Source: an uncultured Chloroflexia bacterium
GTDB lineage: Bacteria > Chloroflexota > Anaerolineae > CG2-30-64-16
Length of the DNA stretch: 64,000 nt
Reading direction: 5' to 3'
Assembly (NCBI GenBank): GCA_963810095.1
Contig: CAWEMM010000002.1
Span: 224,001-288,000, forward strand
Under the pieces are notes generated by a model. That model was given only the letters and a program-made list of their open reading frames with translations. It was not told the origin of the DNA and did no database searches. How positions within the stretch are numbered: position 1 is the stretch's first letter; each line of letters begins with the position of its first letter. The position numbers and the translations under genes were made by a program. Shown piece after piece: positions 50,016 through 61,700 of the stretch.

Positions 50016-52976
50016 TCAGGGTCCGGCGAGCGGCGACACAGAACGCTTCGACGTGAAAGCGTCGAAGTACATCAGCGTGTTCGTGCCGGTGTTCGTGACC
50101 GAGCCCATGCGTACGGCCCCAACCGCCCCCGTGCTGGTCATGGTCAGCGTCTGCGCCTGCACGCCGTTCACGTAGAGTCGCAGCGTGCCCGGGTTGGGCC
50201 CCCCGCTGCCCACGGCCTGCCACACGACTTCGAGGAAGTTGTTGCTTGTGCCGCCGAGCAGGTTCGTCCAGGTCGAGTTCGTGTTGCTCGTCCCAGCCTG
50301 GATCTGCACCTGCGGCGTCGTCCCCGATAGCCGGTAGCGCACCCGGAACAGCGTGGTGCCGAAGGTGTTCGAGGTCGCGGCGCTCAGGATGTCCTTGCCG
50401 GTCGAGCTGTTGCCGTTCGGCCGGAAGTACATGCGGGCGTCGTAGGTGGCCGATGCCGGATTCGTCGCCGTGCCCCAGTTGTACTGCACGTAATTCGTGT
50501 TGTTGCCCTGGGATTGCAAGCCGTAGGCGCCCACCAGCTTCGCCGTCGTCGTGACGTTCAAGCGGCTCGTGTTGGTGGTGGAGCGGCTGGACCAGGCGCT
50601 GAAGTTGCCGGATTCGAAGCCGTCCGAGAAGATGACGTCGGGCGGCGAGACCGCTAGGGTCGCGGTCCGGATGCCGCTGCTGCCGGTGCTCCAGTTGCCG
50701 GCCGCGTCGCGAATGCGTGCGCTGACGGTGTAGGAGCCCAACGCCAGCGAGCCGACCGGAATGGTGGCCGTCGAGCCGGTGAATTGGGTGCCGCCACCAG
50801 GCGCCGGATTCGTGCTCGTCGGCGGGTTGATCCAGTACTCGCCGCCGGCCACACCCGCACCGCCCGCATTGTCGGCGGCGCCGTTAATCGTGAGGGTGAC
50901 GTTCGTCGCACCCGCGGTCGGATTGGGCGACAGGCTGATGCCCGTGAAGGTCGGCGCGGTCTTGTCGACCAGCAGGACCGTGGTTGCCGTCGGGCCCCAG
51001 TTGCCGGCTGCGTCGCGCCCGTGCACATAGACCGTGTGGTTACCCTGGCTTAGCGCGTTGATCGTCGTCAGCGGCACGTCGGCCGTCGCGGCTTCGGTCT
51101 GGCTGTTGAAGCTGCCGTCGCTGGCCGCGAACGGGAAGCCGGCGCCGTCTGCTCCCAGTGTGTCGATGAACCCTTCGCCGCCTGCGATCGCCGAGGCGGT
51201 GTCGGCCAGGGTCGCGGTGACCCGGACTGCCGGCGTGCTAGAGTTGATGCCGAGCGTCCCGTTGTTCGGGTTCGGCGCCGCCGCAACGCCGCTCGTCGCA
51301 GGCCCGGTCTTGTCGACGATCAAGCTGATCGTCGCGGGCGCACCCACGTTGCCCAGCGCGTCCGTGCTTTGAACCGAAACCGTGTGCGTGCCCGCGCTCA
51401 GCGTCGTGGCGTCGATCGTGGCCGTCAGGCTGGCCACCGGCGCCGAGCTCGTGTTGAGCGTCATGGCGCTGGCGGCGCCGCCGTCAATCTTGTATTGCGC
51501 CGAGGCGATGCTGCTGCCGCCGCTGGCGCTGTCGTCCGCGGTGCCACTCAGCGTCGCGCTGCCCGTGCCGTTGCTCGGGTTCGGCGCCAGCGTCAAACCC
51601 TTCGTCGCCGGTCCCGTCTTGTCGAGGTTCAGCGTCGCAAAGTTGAACGGCCCCCAGTTTCCTGCCGCATCCTGGCCGCGGATGTAGATCGTGTGGTTGC
51701 CGGAAGCCAGCCCGGCGAGGGTGGCGGGGCTCAGACTTGCGGTCACGGCTTCGGCTGCCGAATTGAAGGCTCCGTCGCCGGCCACCATGGCCATCGCCGC
51801 GGCGCCCTGACTGTCGATCCGGTACTCGGCCGCAGTGACGTTCGAGCCGCCGCTGGCTGCGTCGCTTACCGACGCGCTGACGGTGACCGCAATCGAGCCG
51901 TTGGTCGGGTTCGGTGCGAGGCCCGTCGAGGTCGTCGCCGGGCCGGTCGTGTCATTTCCCGGTGGGGTCGCCGTGCCGACGGTCAGGAAGGCGAGCATGC
52001 CGCCGAAGCCGGCCGCACTACTGTTCCTGAGCATCAGATTGGCATCATAGAGCGCAAACTTGCTACCCGCCGTCGCCCCCCCAGGGACGGTCACGATGGC
52101 GTCGGCTGTCTGGCCGGGCCCCAACGTCTCGGCCACCAGCCCGCGGCTCATGGAGAACGGGCTGCCGTCCGTCGCCACCAGCACCTGGTGCAGACCCAGC
52201 ACGCTCATGGAGTGCGGCATGAGGCCCGCGTTGACGAATCGCAGCAGCACCTTGTTGCCCGCCGACGTGGCGATCGCTTCAGTCTGCGGGAACGCCTTCC
52301 CGTTGACCAGGAAGTACTTTGGTGCGAAGTTGCGGATGTCAAACGTGGTCGGGTTCGCATTCAGCGCCGGATCGATCTCGCCCAGCACGACTTGTGCTTC
52401 GTCCGTATAAGCCGTTGACGGGTCCGCGTAAGCCTGGCCCGCACTGGCAGGTCGCACGACGAGGGTCCCGTACAGACCCATCGCCACCTGCCGCGGCTCG
52501 CCGGCCGACAAACCCGCCTCATAGAGGAACGTGCCGGGATTGCTCGCAGTGAAGGAGTAGGTCTTCGACCCGCCCGGCGCCACGCCTGCGGTGTCGGGGA
52601 CCATTTGCTGTCCCTTGAAGAGCAAGCTGGACGGCTCGGCCAAGTTGTTCGTGAGATTGACGGTCACCACGTCACCCTGGTTGACGATGAGCACCGGGCC
52701 CGGCACGCTCGCCGCACTGCCCGCGCTGGAGGCATAGGCCCACACGTTGACGGTTGCCCCGCCCGGCAGAGTCAGCGTGCCCGGCTTCGACCACAAGTTG
52801 CAGGTGGCCGCCCCGCCGGCTGACGTGCAGGGTGTCGCCGGCAGGCCCGCGGCCTCTGAGACGGCGGCCGGCACGGCCGCTAACAACGCGGTTGCCAGCA
52901 ACGCGGCCACCAACAGCAGGAGGCGCGCCGGGAGGCCAGCTCCCATCCCATGCTTGGTACTTGCTAATGCATGCAT
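50016..52976 (-). CDS. MCO paralogue C: two cupredoxin-like domains without copper motifs, Ig-like repeats and a C-terminal beta domain
   Basis: 'PGPVLIVNQGD', 'PGTFLYEAG', 'MGLYGTLVVRP', 'LVNGKAFP'; HxH motifs replaced by 'SLLFKG' and 'LYEAG'; repeated 'DxTGPAT..PNP' Ig-like units; 'DVIFSDGFESG'. Confidence 0.85.
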   Translation of the reverse strand: MHALASTKHGMGAGLPARLLLLVAALLATALLAAVPAAVSEAAGLPATPCTSAGGAATCNLWSKPGTLTLPGGATVNVWAYASSAGSAASVPGPVLIVNQGDVVTVNLTNNLAEPSSLLFKGQQMVPDTAGVAPGGSKTYSFTASNPGTFLYEAGLSAGEPRQVAMGLYGTLVVRPASAGQAYADPSTAYTDEAQVVLGEIDPALNANPTTFDIRNFAPKYFLVNGKAFPQTEAIATSAGNKVLLRFVNAGLMPHSMSVLGLHQVLVATDGSPFSMSRGLVAETLGPGQTADAIVTVPGGATAGSKFALYDANLMLRNSSAAGFGGMLAFLTVGTATPPGNDTTGPATTSTGLAPNPTNGSIAVTVSASVSDAASGGSNVTAAEYRIDSQGAAAMAMVAGDGAFNSAAEAVTASLSPATLAGLASGNHTIYIRGQDAAGNWGPFNFATLNLDKTGPATKGLTLAPNPSNGTGSATLSGTADDSASGGSSIASAQYKIDGGAASAMTLNTSSAPVASLTATIDATTLSAGTHTVSVQSTDALGNVGAPATISLIVDKTGPATSGVAAAPNPNNGTLGINSSTPAVRVTATLADTASAIAGGEGFIDTLGADGAGFPFAASDGSFNSQTEAATADVPLTTINALSQGNHTVYVHGRDAAGNWGPTATTVLLVDKTAPTFTGISLSPNPTAGATNVTLTINGAADNAGGAGVAGGEYWINPPTSTNPAPGGGTQFTGSTATIPVGSLALGSYTVSARIRDAAGNWSTGSSGIRTATLAVSPPDVIFSDGFESGNFSAWSSRSTTNTSRLNVTTTAKLVGAYGLQSQGNNTNYVQYNWGTATNPASATYDARMYFRPNGNSSTGKDILSAATSNTFGTTLFRVRYRLSGTTPQVQIQAGTSNTNSTWTNLLGGTSNNFLEVVWQAVGSGGPNPGTLRLYVNGVQAQTLTMTSTGAVGAVRMGSVTNTGTNTLMYFDAFTSKRSVSPLAGP

Positions 52977-53009
52977 GTCATTCTCCTTGTTTCCTGCTTG
53001 TCAGGCCGC

Positions 53010-54314
53010 TCAGGGGCAATTGTTGGGCGCGGGCGGGTCGATACGCAGGTATGTGATCGGCCCGGTCATCGTCACGCCCCATGATGTGATCTGATACAGC
53101 GCATGGTTGTGCGCGATGATGTAGTATTCGCCGCACTGGTTCAACGTCGATTGGCCGGGCGGCATGGGCCCCGTCTTTCCGAGATACGGACTGCCCCCGT
53201 AGAACATGCCATAGACCATGTTGGCCATGTTGGGCACCGTCACCGGAACCGGATTGGTCGCCTCGTCGTAACGCTCCGCGTCATACCACTTGAAGACGAC
53301 GTCCCAGGTCTGGCCCGGCCCGATGTTGATGGCAAACTTCTCGAACGACATATCCTGGCCGGTCGGGCCGGCCAGCGGCTGCCCGTCGCGGCCGATGACC
53401 AGGCCGTTGTTGCCGTGCGGGTGGAACGGGTATTCCTCCGTGCCGACGTTCAGGTAGCGGATGGCGCCGGGCAGGGGATGCGTCGTCGCGTCAAAACCCT
53501 TGACGCGTGCCAGCGCTCCGTACGGCTGGGCCGGCAGCCAGTCGGCGTAGTTGTCCGCAATGCTATCGGGGAAGCCGCGGCCGTTGATGAGCCAGTAGCG
53601 AGGCTTGTAATTGTTGAGGTTGAAGCTCTTGCCCTGCTCCGCGGCCTGGTGCTGGTACGGGTCGATTTCGGACAGGAGAACGAGGAACTCCTCGCCCGGC
53701 GTAAACTGGCTGTCCGCCCGGTTGTACATGAAGTTCGCGCCCATGCTGGGCCGCACGATCAACGCGCCGAACAGCCCCATGCCCACCTGCTTGCGAGGGT
53801 TGGTGCCGCTCTCGTAGATGTACGTGCCGGGATTGGCGGCGACAAAGCTATACGTGATGCTCCCGCCGTTCTTGGCCGCCACGTTGGTCAGCGAGGTCAG
53901 CGCGCCGCCCGCATCAAACTGCGGCTGGGCGGCCGCGCCGTTGGCCTGCACGTTCTCCTGGCCAGGGAACATGATCGAAGCATCTTCCGAAAGGTTGTTT
54001 TGCAACGTCACCGTCACCGTATCGCCCTGGTTGACGCAGAGCACCGGTCCGGGGTGTTGGAAGGGCTTGCCGCCCTCCGAGTAACCCCACATGAACATGG
54101 TATTGCCGTCGGGCAGGCTGATATAGCCGGTCTGTGCGCTGAGCGTGAAGGTCGGATTCGGGCTCGCGCCTGTCGTGCAGGCGATCCCGACGGTCGGACC
54201 GAGCGCCTGGGCCTGCACGGGCTGCGTCTGCGCCAACGGCGCAATGGACGCCAGCACGGCCACCACCAGCAAGACCGAGCCTCTTCCCATCCATCTGATC
54301 AAAGAGTTTCGCAT
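53010..54314 (-). CDS. MCO paralogue B: two-domain MCO with His pairs only in domain 2
   Basis: Sec-type signal; domain 1 'SIMFPG' and 'YIYESG' (no His); domain 2 'YPFHPHG' and 'IAHNHAL'. Confidence 0.88.
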   Translation of the reverse strand: MRNSLIRWMGRGSVLLVVAVLASIAPLAQTQPVQAQALGPTVGIACTTGASPNPTFTLSAQTGYISLPDGNTMFMWGYSEGGKPFQHPGPVLCVNQGDTVTVTLQNNLSEDASIMFPGQENVQANGAAAQPQFDAGGALTSLTNVAAKNGGSITYSFVAANPGTYIYESGTNPRKQVGMGLFGALIVRPSMGANFMYNRADSQFTPGEEFLVLLSEIDPYQHQAAEQGKSFNLNNYKPRYWLINGRGFPDSIADNYADWLPAQPYGALARVKGFDATTHPLPGAIRYLNVGTEEYPFHPHGNNGLVIGRDGQPLAGPTGQDMSFEKFAINIGPGQTWDVVFKWYDAERYDEATNPVPVTVPNMANMVYGMFYGGSPYLGKTGPMPPGQSTLNQCGEYYIIAHNHALYQITSWGVTMTGPITYLRIDPPAPNNCP

Positions 54315-54349
54315 CGTGTCGCTCCTTATGCCATGACCCGCACGCCCGG

Positions 54350-55714
54350 TTACGTGTTGGGAATCGACTGCTGCGCCAGCGCGCCGGACGGATATACCCG
54401 CACCTCTGTGCGCTGCCCGCCAAACCCGCCGTCGGCAAGGTTGTTCGAGCGGGTGAGCTGGCGGTTGTAGAGCACGTAGGTATCGAAGGCGCCCGGCCCG
54501 CGGTAGGGCGGCGCATCGAAAATCACGTCGAAGCTCTCACCCGCGCCCATCGTGATAGTGTCGGTCAGGTACTGCGTGTTCGTGCCGTCGCGGCCGCGCA
54601 TCAGCGTGGCGTCCCGCCCCACGACCCGCATCTTGATCCCCGGCAGCGTCATGCTGGCTTCCTTGAAGCCCAGGTTGGCAAACCGGAGCAGCACCCGCTC
54701 GCCGGCATTGCAGTTGACCAGCGCCGAGAGCGGCTGATATTTCAACCGGTCGTACCCGGCCGGCGGAATGAGGTCGCCGTCGGCATCGCGCACGGGGTTG
54801 AAAGGATCGATCGAGCCGTTGGGTGCCAGCGTGTCGGGATAGACTCGACCGTTCAGCATCGCGAAGTCGGCCCGGTAGTCGCTCCATTCGGGCAACTGGA
54901 TGTGTGCGTCGGCCCAGTGCGCCTCGGCCCACACCTCGCTCAGGAACATCGCGAACTCGCGATCAAACCCGGTCGACCCGTCCCCGTCGTTGTACGCATA
55001 CTTGCCGCTCGGATAGAACGCCGTGTTCCCGTCCTGCAGCGGCCGCACGAATACCAGGCCGGTCATGCCCATGTGCACATGCTCCACGTCCTCGACGTGG
55101 CAGTGATACATGTACGTCCCCGGGTCGCGCGGCCGGTAGACATAGGTGAACTCGGTGCCCGCGGGCACCGACACGGAGCCCGTCGGTTCGCCATCGAAGA
55201 ACGGGATGACGTTGCGGAAACCATGCCAGTGCAGCGTATGCGCATCGAACAGGTCGGGGCGCTGCGCCAACCCCAGGTTGGTGATCTTGACCCGAAAGTC
55301 CTTCGGCGCGGCCGGATCGAACTGCTTGGCCCAGAAGATCGGCGCGTTGTGCTGCGCCTTGTTCTTCTGGTTCGACCGCTGCTGATCGGTCAGCCCGGTG
55401 ATGTTCCGGAAGCCGAAGATATAGGTCGTGAACGGCGGGGGCGCATACGGGTCGGGATGAACGACTTTGCCGTCCCACGTGATTTGCGGCGTCGGCGGCA
55501 GGTAAATCCAGCCGTCGGTGCCGCCGAAGAACAAGTCAGGCGGCGCATCCTGCGCCTGGGCCACGCCTTCGGGCAGCAGCACCCGGCGCAGCGCCGGCGA
55601 GGCGAGCGCCCGCGGGGCCAGCGCCGCACCAGCAGTCAGCGCGGCCGCGCCCCCTGCGAGCTTCAGGAAGTCCCGGCGGCCGAGACGACGAGAGAACGAT
55701 TCCCTGCTCATCAA
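54350..55714 (-). CDS. MCO paralogue A: Tat-exported two-domain MCO with type-1 site and His pairs only in domain 1
   Basis: Tat motif 'GRRDFLK'; 'HTLHWHG' and 'YHCHVEDVEHVHMGM'; domain 2 'SMTLPG' and 'LYNRQ' (no His). Confidence 0.9.
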   Translation of the reverse strand: MMSRESFSRRLGRRDFLKLAGGAAALTAGAALAPRALASPALRRVLLPEGVAQAQDAPPDLFFGGTDGWIYLPPTPQITWDGKVVHPDPYAPPPFTTYIFGFRNITGLTDQQRSNQKNKAQHNAPIFWAKQFDPAAPKDFRVKITNLGLAQRPDLFDAHTLHWHGFRNVIPFFDGEPTGSVSVPAGTEFTYVYRPRDPGTYMYHCHVEDVEHVHMGMTGLVFVRPLQDGNTAFYPSGKYAYNDGDGSTGFDREFAMFLSEVWAEAHWADAHIQLPEWSDYRADFAMLNGRVYPDTLAPNGSIDPFNPVRDADGDLIPPAGYDRLKYQPLSALVNCNAGERVLLRFANLGFKEASMTLPGIKMRVVGRDATLMRGRDGTNTQYLTDTITMGAGESFDVIFDAPPYRGPGAFDTYVLYNRQLTRSNNLADGGFGGQRTEVRVYPSGALAQQSIPNT

Positions 55715-55745
55715 TACATCTCCTTGAACTGCGCTCCAGAGTAGG

Positions 55746-55769
55746 GGGGCCGGCCCGCGGGCCGGCCCC
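55746..55769. terminator. GC-rich stem-loop after the giant gene
   Basis: GGGGCCGGCCC-GC-GGGCCGGCCCC. Confidence 0.55.
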
Positions 55770-55787
55770 GACTAGTTCCTACGATTG

Positions 55788-58700
55788 TCAGGGCAGCAGC
55801 GTGTCGCCGCGGAAGTCGTCGACCCGTGCATTCGCCGGCAGCTGGATGCCGATCCGGCCGGTGCCAGTGAAGCCGGTGCCTGCGGCCCGGCCGACAAACG
55901 CGCCGTTCTTGAAGACGGCCACGCTACCATCGGCGTAGGCGGCTGCAGCCAGCGTATCGCCTGTCACGAAGGCCGCGGTCATCGTTTGGCCACGTGTCGT
56001 GTAGCTCAGCCCTCCGTTCGTTGTCGTCGCAACAGTGAGCTGACCGCCGCCGGTGGTCTGGTACTGCACCCGGATGAAGTTGGTCGGCAGCGTCGCGCTG
56101 CTGCCAGTCACCTTGAGCACCAGGCCAGAGCCGCCGGCCGGCGCGTTGGCGAACGTGAACGCGACCGCTTGCCCTGCGCCAAACCCGGTGGTCGGCACGT
56201 TCCAGAACGCGGCGCCGAGGACGCTGGCGAACGCCTGGTTGCTGTTCACGCGGATCGCCGCCGAGCCGAACGCGGTCACCTGGCTCCAGTTGTTGCCCAG
56301 CGTGTTCGCGTTGGTCCGGTTGAAGTTGTCACGGACCGTCAGCGCCGGCAGCGTGGGCGTGGTCAGCGCCAACGTGTCGGTGGCGCTGTTGTTCGCCGTG
56401 TTCGGGTCGATCGCGTTCGCCGGCAGCGTCACGGTCGCAGTGTTCACCACTGAGCCGCTGGCGTTATAGGCCAGGGTGGCGTTGGCGGTGAAGGTAACCG
56501 AGCCGCCCGCGGGCAGGTTCACGCTGCTGTTGATCGAAGCCGAGCCGCTAGCCGCGCTGCACGCAGCGCCCCCGGCGGCCGTGCAGGTCCAGCTCACGCC
56601 CGTCACCGCCGCGGGGAAGCCGTCCGTGACCGTCGCCCCGTTGATCGCGTTCGGCCCCGCGTTGGCTGCCCGGATGGTGTAGATCACCGTGTCGCCCGGC
56701 TGCGCGGTCGAGGGGCTGTGCGTCTTGGTGATGCTCAGGTCGCCCGAAGCGAGTTGCGGCAACTCGTCCGCACCCGAGTCGTAGCCGGCGCCGGCGGGCC
56801 GCAAGTCGTTGTCGAAGTCAAACGCCGGCGCGTTCACCCCCGTCTTCGAGGCCGCGCCCGCGTCCTTCGCCGGTGACGTGTTGGTCAGGTGGTAGTTGCC
56901 CAGCAGGGTCGGCGGCAGGTCGGCCGCAACCATGATCGGGGCCACGAAGTTCGGGTTGTTGCGCCAGACGTTGAACGCGACCGAGAGGTCGAAAGTGGTC
57001 TGCACGGCCGGGTCGACGATCTGGTTCGTGGGCGACGCGATCGTGCCTGTGGTGGTCTGCAGCAGCGAATTGGTCGGCGACACCTGGCCGAAGCCATCCG
57101 CGACGCCCAGATCCCAGTTGTAGATGTCGCCCGCGCCGCCAATGCCTAGCCCGGTCACCGAGCCCCCGGCACGCGTGCCGGCCCGGTTGTCCCAGAAGAT
57201 GTTGTTGAACAGCAGCGGGTTGCTGAAGGCGGGCGAGCCCGCAGGCAGGGTGGCCTGCAACTGGTCGCTGTTCAGCGAGGTGGACAGGCCCGCAGGCGCC
57301 GGTTGTCCGTTGCTGGTGACCGCGGTCGCCGTGGTCAGGTTCTTCATGAACGTGTTGTTGTAGACTCGCACCTGGGGTGCATCGTTGATGCCGATGCCGC
57401 CGCCTTCGTGGGTGGAGACGTTGTTCACGATCATGTTGTTGTACACGTTCATCGGGAAGTTGCCGGCCATCAGGAAGCGCAGGCCGCCGCCGTCGTCGTT
57501 GCCCAGGTTCGCCTGGATCAGGTTGTTGTAGATGTCCACCGGGCCAGAGCCGGGCGACAGGGTGGCCGGATTCGCGGGGAGTTGACCCGCGATCATGATC
57601 CCGCCGCCTTCGTCGTAGGACTGGTTGAAGTAGATCCGGTTGTGGTGGATCTTGCCGCTTGGGCTGTAGCCATAGACGCTCAGCGCGCCGCCGTACTCGG
57701 CCGAGAAGTTGCCGCACAGGTCGTTGTTCGCGACCTCGTAGTTGTCGGCCCCCGCAAAGAGCCCGATACCGCCGGCCAGGTTCGTGCCGCCGTTGTGGAT
57801 GATCCGGTTGTTGGCGATGCGGACGTTCTCGTTGTGCTGGTTTGTATCCGGCGCAGGCAGGTCAGGCGTGCCGAGGCGGATGGTGCCATAGGCGCCGCCG
57901 TTGTTCTCGATCACGTTGTTCGTGATCTGCAGGTACCTGACGTATGCGTTGGCAAAGATCGCACCGCCCTGGGTCTCCACCGCCGGAGGCTGACCGGTTG
58001 CGCCGCCGCCAATCTGGTTGATGTTGTTCGGGAAGCCCATCTGATCGCCGCCGCGGATGTCAAACCCGTCGATGGAGGCCCTGAACGAGTTGCCGAACTG
58101 GTTGACGTTCGCCAGCAGATAGATCCCTGCGCCTTCGTACACGTTCTGGTTGCCGGCCCACGACAGCGTGGCGATCTTCGCACGCCACGCGTCGGCCAAT
58201 GCCGTGTCGCCGCCGAAGGCGCCCGCGTCGATGATCGAGCCGGGGACGAAGGTCGTGCCCTGGAAGCCGCCGGGACCCACGCCCTGCAGCTTGATTGGGT
58301 TCGAGACGATCAGGTTCTCGTAGTACGCGCCGCGTGGGTTATTGCGCGGATTCGTCAGGTCCGGCTGGCCGGGATAGACGACCACCAGGCCGCCCCGGTA
58401 GTTGCCGGGCGCCGCGTCATCGGCTGCACTCTTGTCGATCGCGGCCTGGATCGTGGCGAAGGCCTTGCCCGGCCCCACCTCGTAGACCACCGGGTTGTAG
58501 GTGCCGGCGATGATGTGCATGGTCAAGCCGTTGACGGTGCTCTGGCCGTTGTTGGCCGTGACGGCCAGTTGATGCGGGCCGCCGAAGTTGCCGGGAATGC
58601 TCGACGGCACCCGGACGACGATCTGCGTGTCCGACCAACTGGTGACGGACAGCGCCGTGTTTCCGTCCAGCGTCACCTTGCTCTTGCTGCCCTGGGCTCC

Positions 58701-61700
58701 AAAGCCCGTGCCCGTGATCGTGAACGAAGTGTTCGGGCTCACGTTGGGCTTGGAGACCCGGAGCAACTGCGGTGTGGCTGCATCCAGCGTGCAGCTGACC
58801 TGGTTCACCTGGCCGCCGGGAAGCTGGACGGTGACGCCGACCTGGGTCGGCGCGAGGTCGGCCGGCACCAACAGCCCCGGAATCGTCTCGAATTCGGCTG
58901 CGATCGTCCGGAACTGCGGCTTGTAGTTCGGGTTGAGCACGCCCGGCGTGCCCGGGTCGTTGCCTACAAAGCGGTACAGGTTGGCGCACACGCCCGAGGG
59001 CGTCGGGCAACTGATGCGGTTGCTCGACGGCAAGAGCACGTCCCAGAGACCGTTGAAGTCGGATTCGACCGTCTGCACCAGCCGGTTGGTCCAATCATAG
59101 ATGCCTACCGGCGCGAACGGCACGCCCGCCTTCTCGCCGAAGAGCAGCGAGCGGGGATCGCCCGAGAAGTTCAGGTCGTCGACGACAAGGCCCCAGATGC
59201 GTGTGGGCAGCGGGACGTCGGTGAAGACGTTGAAGGTCGGGACGATCGACTTGCCGTTGTTGAGTTGCACCAGCTTCGTGTCGCAGTACGGCCGGGCTTG
59301 GCCCTCGTACGGCGACGCGCCGATGTCGAGGAACGTGGGGTTGTCCACGGGCGTCGAGGCCGGCACGGTCACACCGAGGGGCACCGTATTGCCGTCGCCT
59401 GCCTGCGGGGCATAGCCATCCGTGCCAAAGTTCAGCACGTCGACCGTGTGCAGGGGGCCTGCGCATGCGGGCGGCGGCACCTGCGGGACGAACTGGTCGC
59501 CGTTGGCGATGTTGATGTCCTCTTCGCGCGTGAACTGGTAGGTGGGCTGACCCCGGACGTCCGCGGGCACCTCGACATGGACGAGGTAATCACGGCCGCC
59601 GGGCAGCGGATCGAAGGTCCCACCCACGCACACCGGGTTCTCTGGGTCAGTCGCGTCGAGCGTGCCGTTGAAGCAGCCGTCGCCGAAGCCGTAGTTCCCG
59701 TCGACCGCCGCGCCGAAATTGGCATCCGGCGTGCCCTGGTCGGTCGCGTACGGCCCGAACTGCACGCCCATCAGCGGCCCCTCCAGACAGTCGGTGCTCG
59801 CCGCGGTCACCTTTTGGTCGTTCGGATACGCCAGCGGGTTGCCGTCCACGTCGCGCGCGATGCAGTTGTCGCTGGGCCGCTGCCAAGATTCGGTCACGTA
59901 GGTGTTCAGCAGCTTGCCGCGGGAATAGGAGCCGTCCGGCTCCAACTGGTACCAGCCGTCGGCGTCGCAGGGCTTGCTGCCGTCGACGGGGCAGTCGACC
60001 GGCTCATACAGGTCGACGGTGAGCCCCGATACCCCGGGTTGCCAGTCTTCGACGGCCGCATAGCGCGGGTCCAGCTCGTTGCGGGTGGTGTCGTAGCTGA
60101 CCGTGCCGACGATGCCGCCGTTGCGCGGGTCGATCCCGTTCGTGCCGGCCGCATCATAGGCGTGCAGGCCCCAATCGAGGCGCCCGCTCAGACCGATAAT
60201 CGGCAGCACGCTCACGTCGACGCCCGATCCGAGCACCGTGGTGGGCGCGGCCTGATTGTCGGCCTGGTAGGTGATGCCGGTCGTGTAGTAGAGGTCGCTG
60301 TACGCTTCTTCGACCAGCCACTGCGTCATCGGGTAGGCGTTCTCCATGACGTAGTAGCCGTTGGCGTCGGTCGTCACGGCCGTCGCGCCGCGATCCATCA
60401 GCGAGTTTTCGCGCTTGCGCATGGTCAGCGTGAAGTTCGGAATGCCCGGCTCGCCGGGGTCTTTGATGCCGTTGCGGTTCGTGTCGTTGAAGACGTAACC
60501 GTCGATCTGGGTCCACCAGCCGGTCAGCGGCAGGATGCCCATGTCGACCAGTTCGCCGTTGCGCACGGTGACGTTGAGCAGGTCGAAGATGTAATCCTGC
60601 GGCTCGTCCCACCATGAGAGGGTGTAATTACCGTCCGGCACGTTCTTGATGTCGAACGCGCCGTTGGCGTCGCCCTGGCCGACATATACGACGGAGTCGC
60701 CGTTGGTCAGGTCCGTAAGTGCGACCCACGGCTCGGGAATCGGCTTGTCGATTTTCGCGCCCGTCATGCCACCCCAGATGGTGCCGGGCAGGCCGAGCCC
60801 GCCCTTGGCCGGGACGTAGACCTTGGCCGCGTCGATCACGCCCTTGATCTCGCCGCTGCCGCCGGCCAGCGAATTGCCCGGATTAACAAAACCAAAGAAG
60901 GTCGCCGGGAACGGCTCGCCCGCGACGACAAATTCCGTATCGTAGCCGGTCGCGCCTTCCATGACCCAGGCGTCCCAGTCGTGATTGCCTTCGAGCGTCG
61001 TCGTCTGAATCCACGTCTGACCGTCAGGCGGGGTCACAGATAAGGCATAGCGGTTGGGGCCCATGTGCGGGATTGCCAGGTCCCCGTTCGCGTCGCTGAG
61101 GCACTTCCCGCCGGTGCCCGGAAGCGGGATAGGGAGTTGGTCGGCGTCCAGCGCGCTCGTCGGGATCTCGAACGTCGCGGGATCCTCGCCCTGGTATTTC
61201 GTGCACAGCGGGTTGCCGTAGATGTCAGTGGTGACTTCGCCGAGGTAATCGGCGATGTGCCCCTGGAAGCCGGCCAGCCCGTGCTCGGCCGGAGCGTCAG
61301 GCGCGCTGTTCACGGGCGATGAGTCCTCGAACACCCAGGTGCGGATGGTCGCATCGGGCACCGGCCATGGCTGGAGCTCGACGGTGAGTGGGCCGGCCGT
61401 CGGCATCGTGAAGTGCGCGCCGTCCAACTTATAGCCATCGGCCAGTACCGAGATCAGGTAGCGGCCGTCGGGCAGCGAGAGACCGCTCGCGAAGTCGTCC
61501 TGGTCGCCCTGCGTGACGATGGGGCTCGAGCCCGGGACGCCGGCGATCGAGGTCCACTTGCAGGTGCCCGGGTAGCCCGGATCGTTGGGCGTACATGCGC
61601 CCGGTAGCGCACCCGTTGTCGGGTCAGGCCGCTGGTCGGTCGTGCCGGTATTGTCCAAGTTGATGATGTACTTGTACGTGGTAATCTTGTCACCCTGGTT

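Noticed and set aside
54350-55714. Calling paralogue A a copper nitrite reductase (nirK) or a self-sufficient laccase
   Set aside because: Domain 2 lacks the His ligands needed for either the NirK type-2 site or a trinuclear cluster.
57303-60617. Long antisense ORFs (1104 aa here; also 1648-3402, 4673-6229, 21888-23366 and others)
   Set aside because: Shadow ORFs expected opposite real genes in high-GC DNA; no recognisable motifs.
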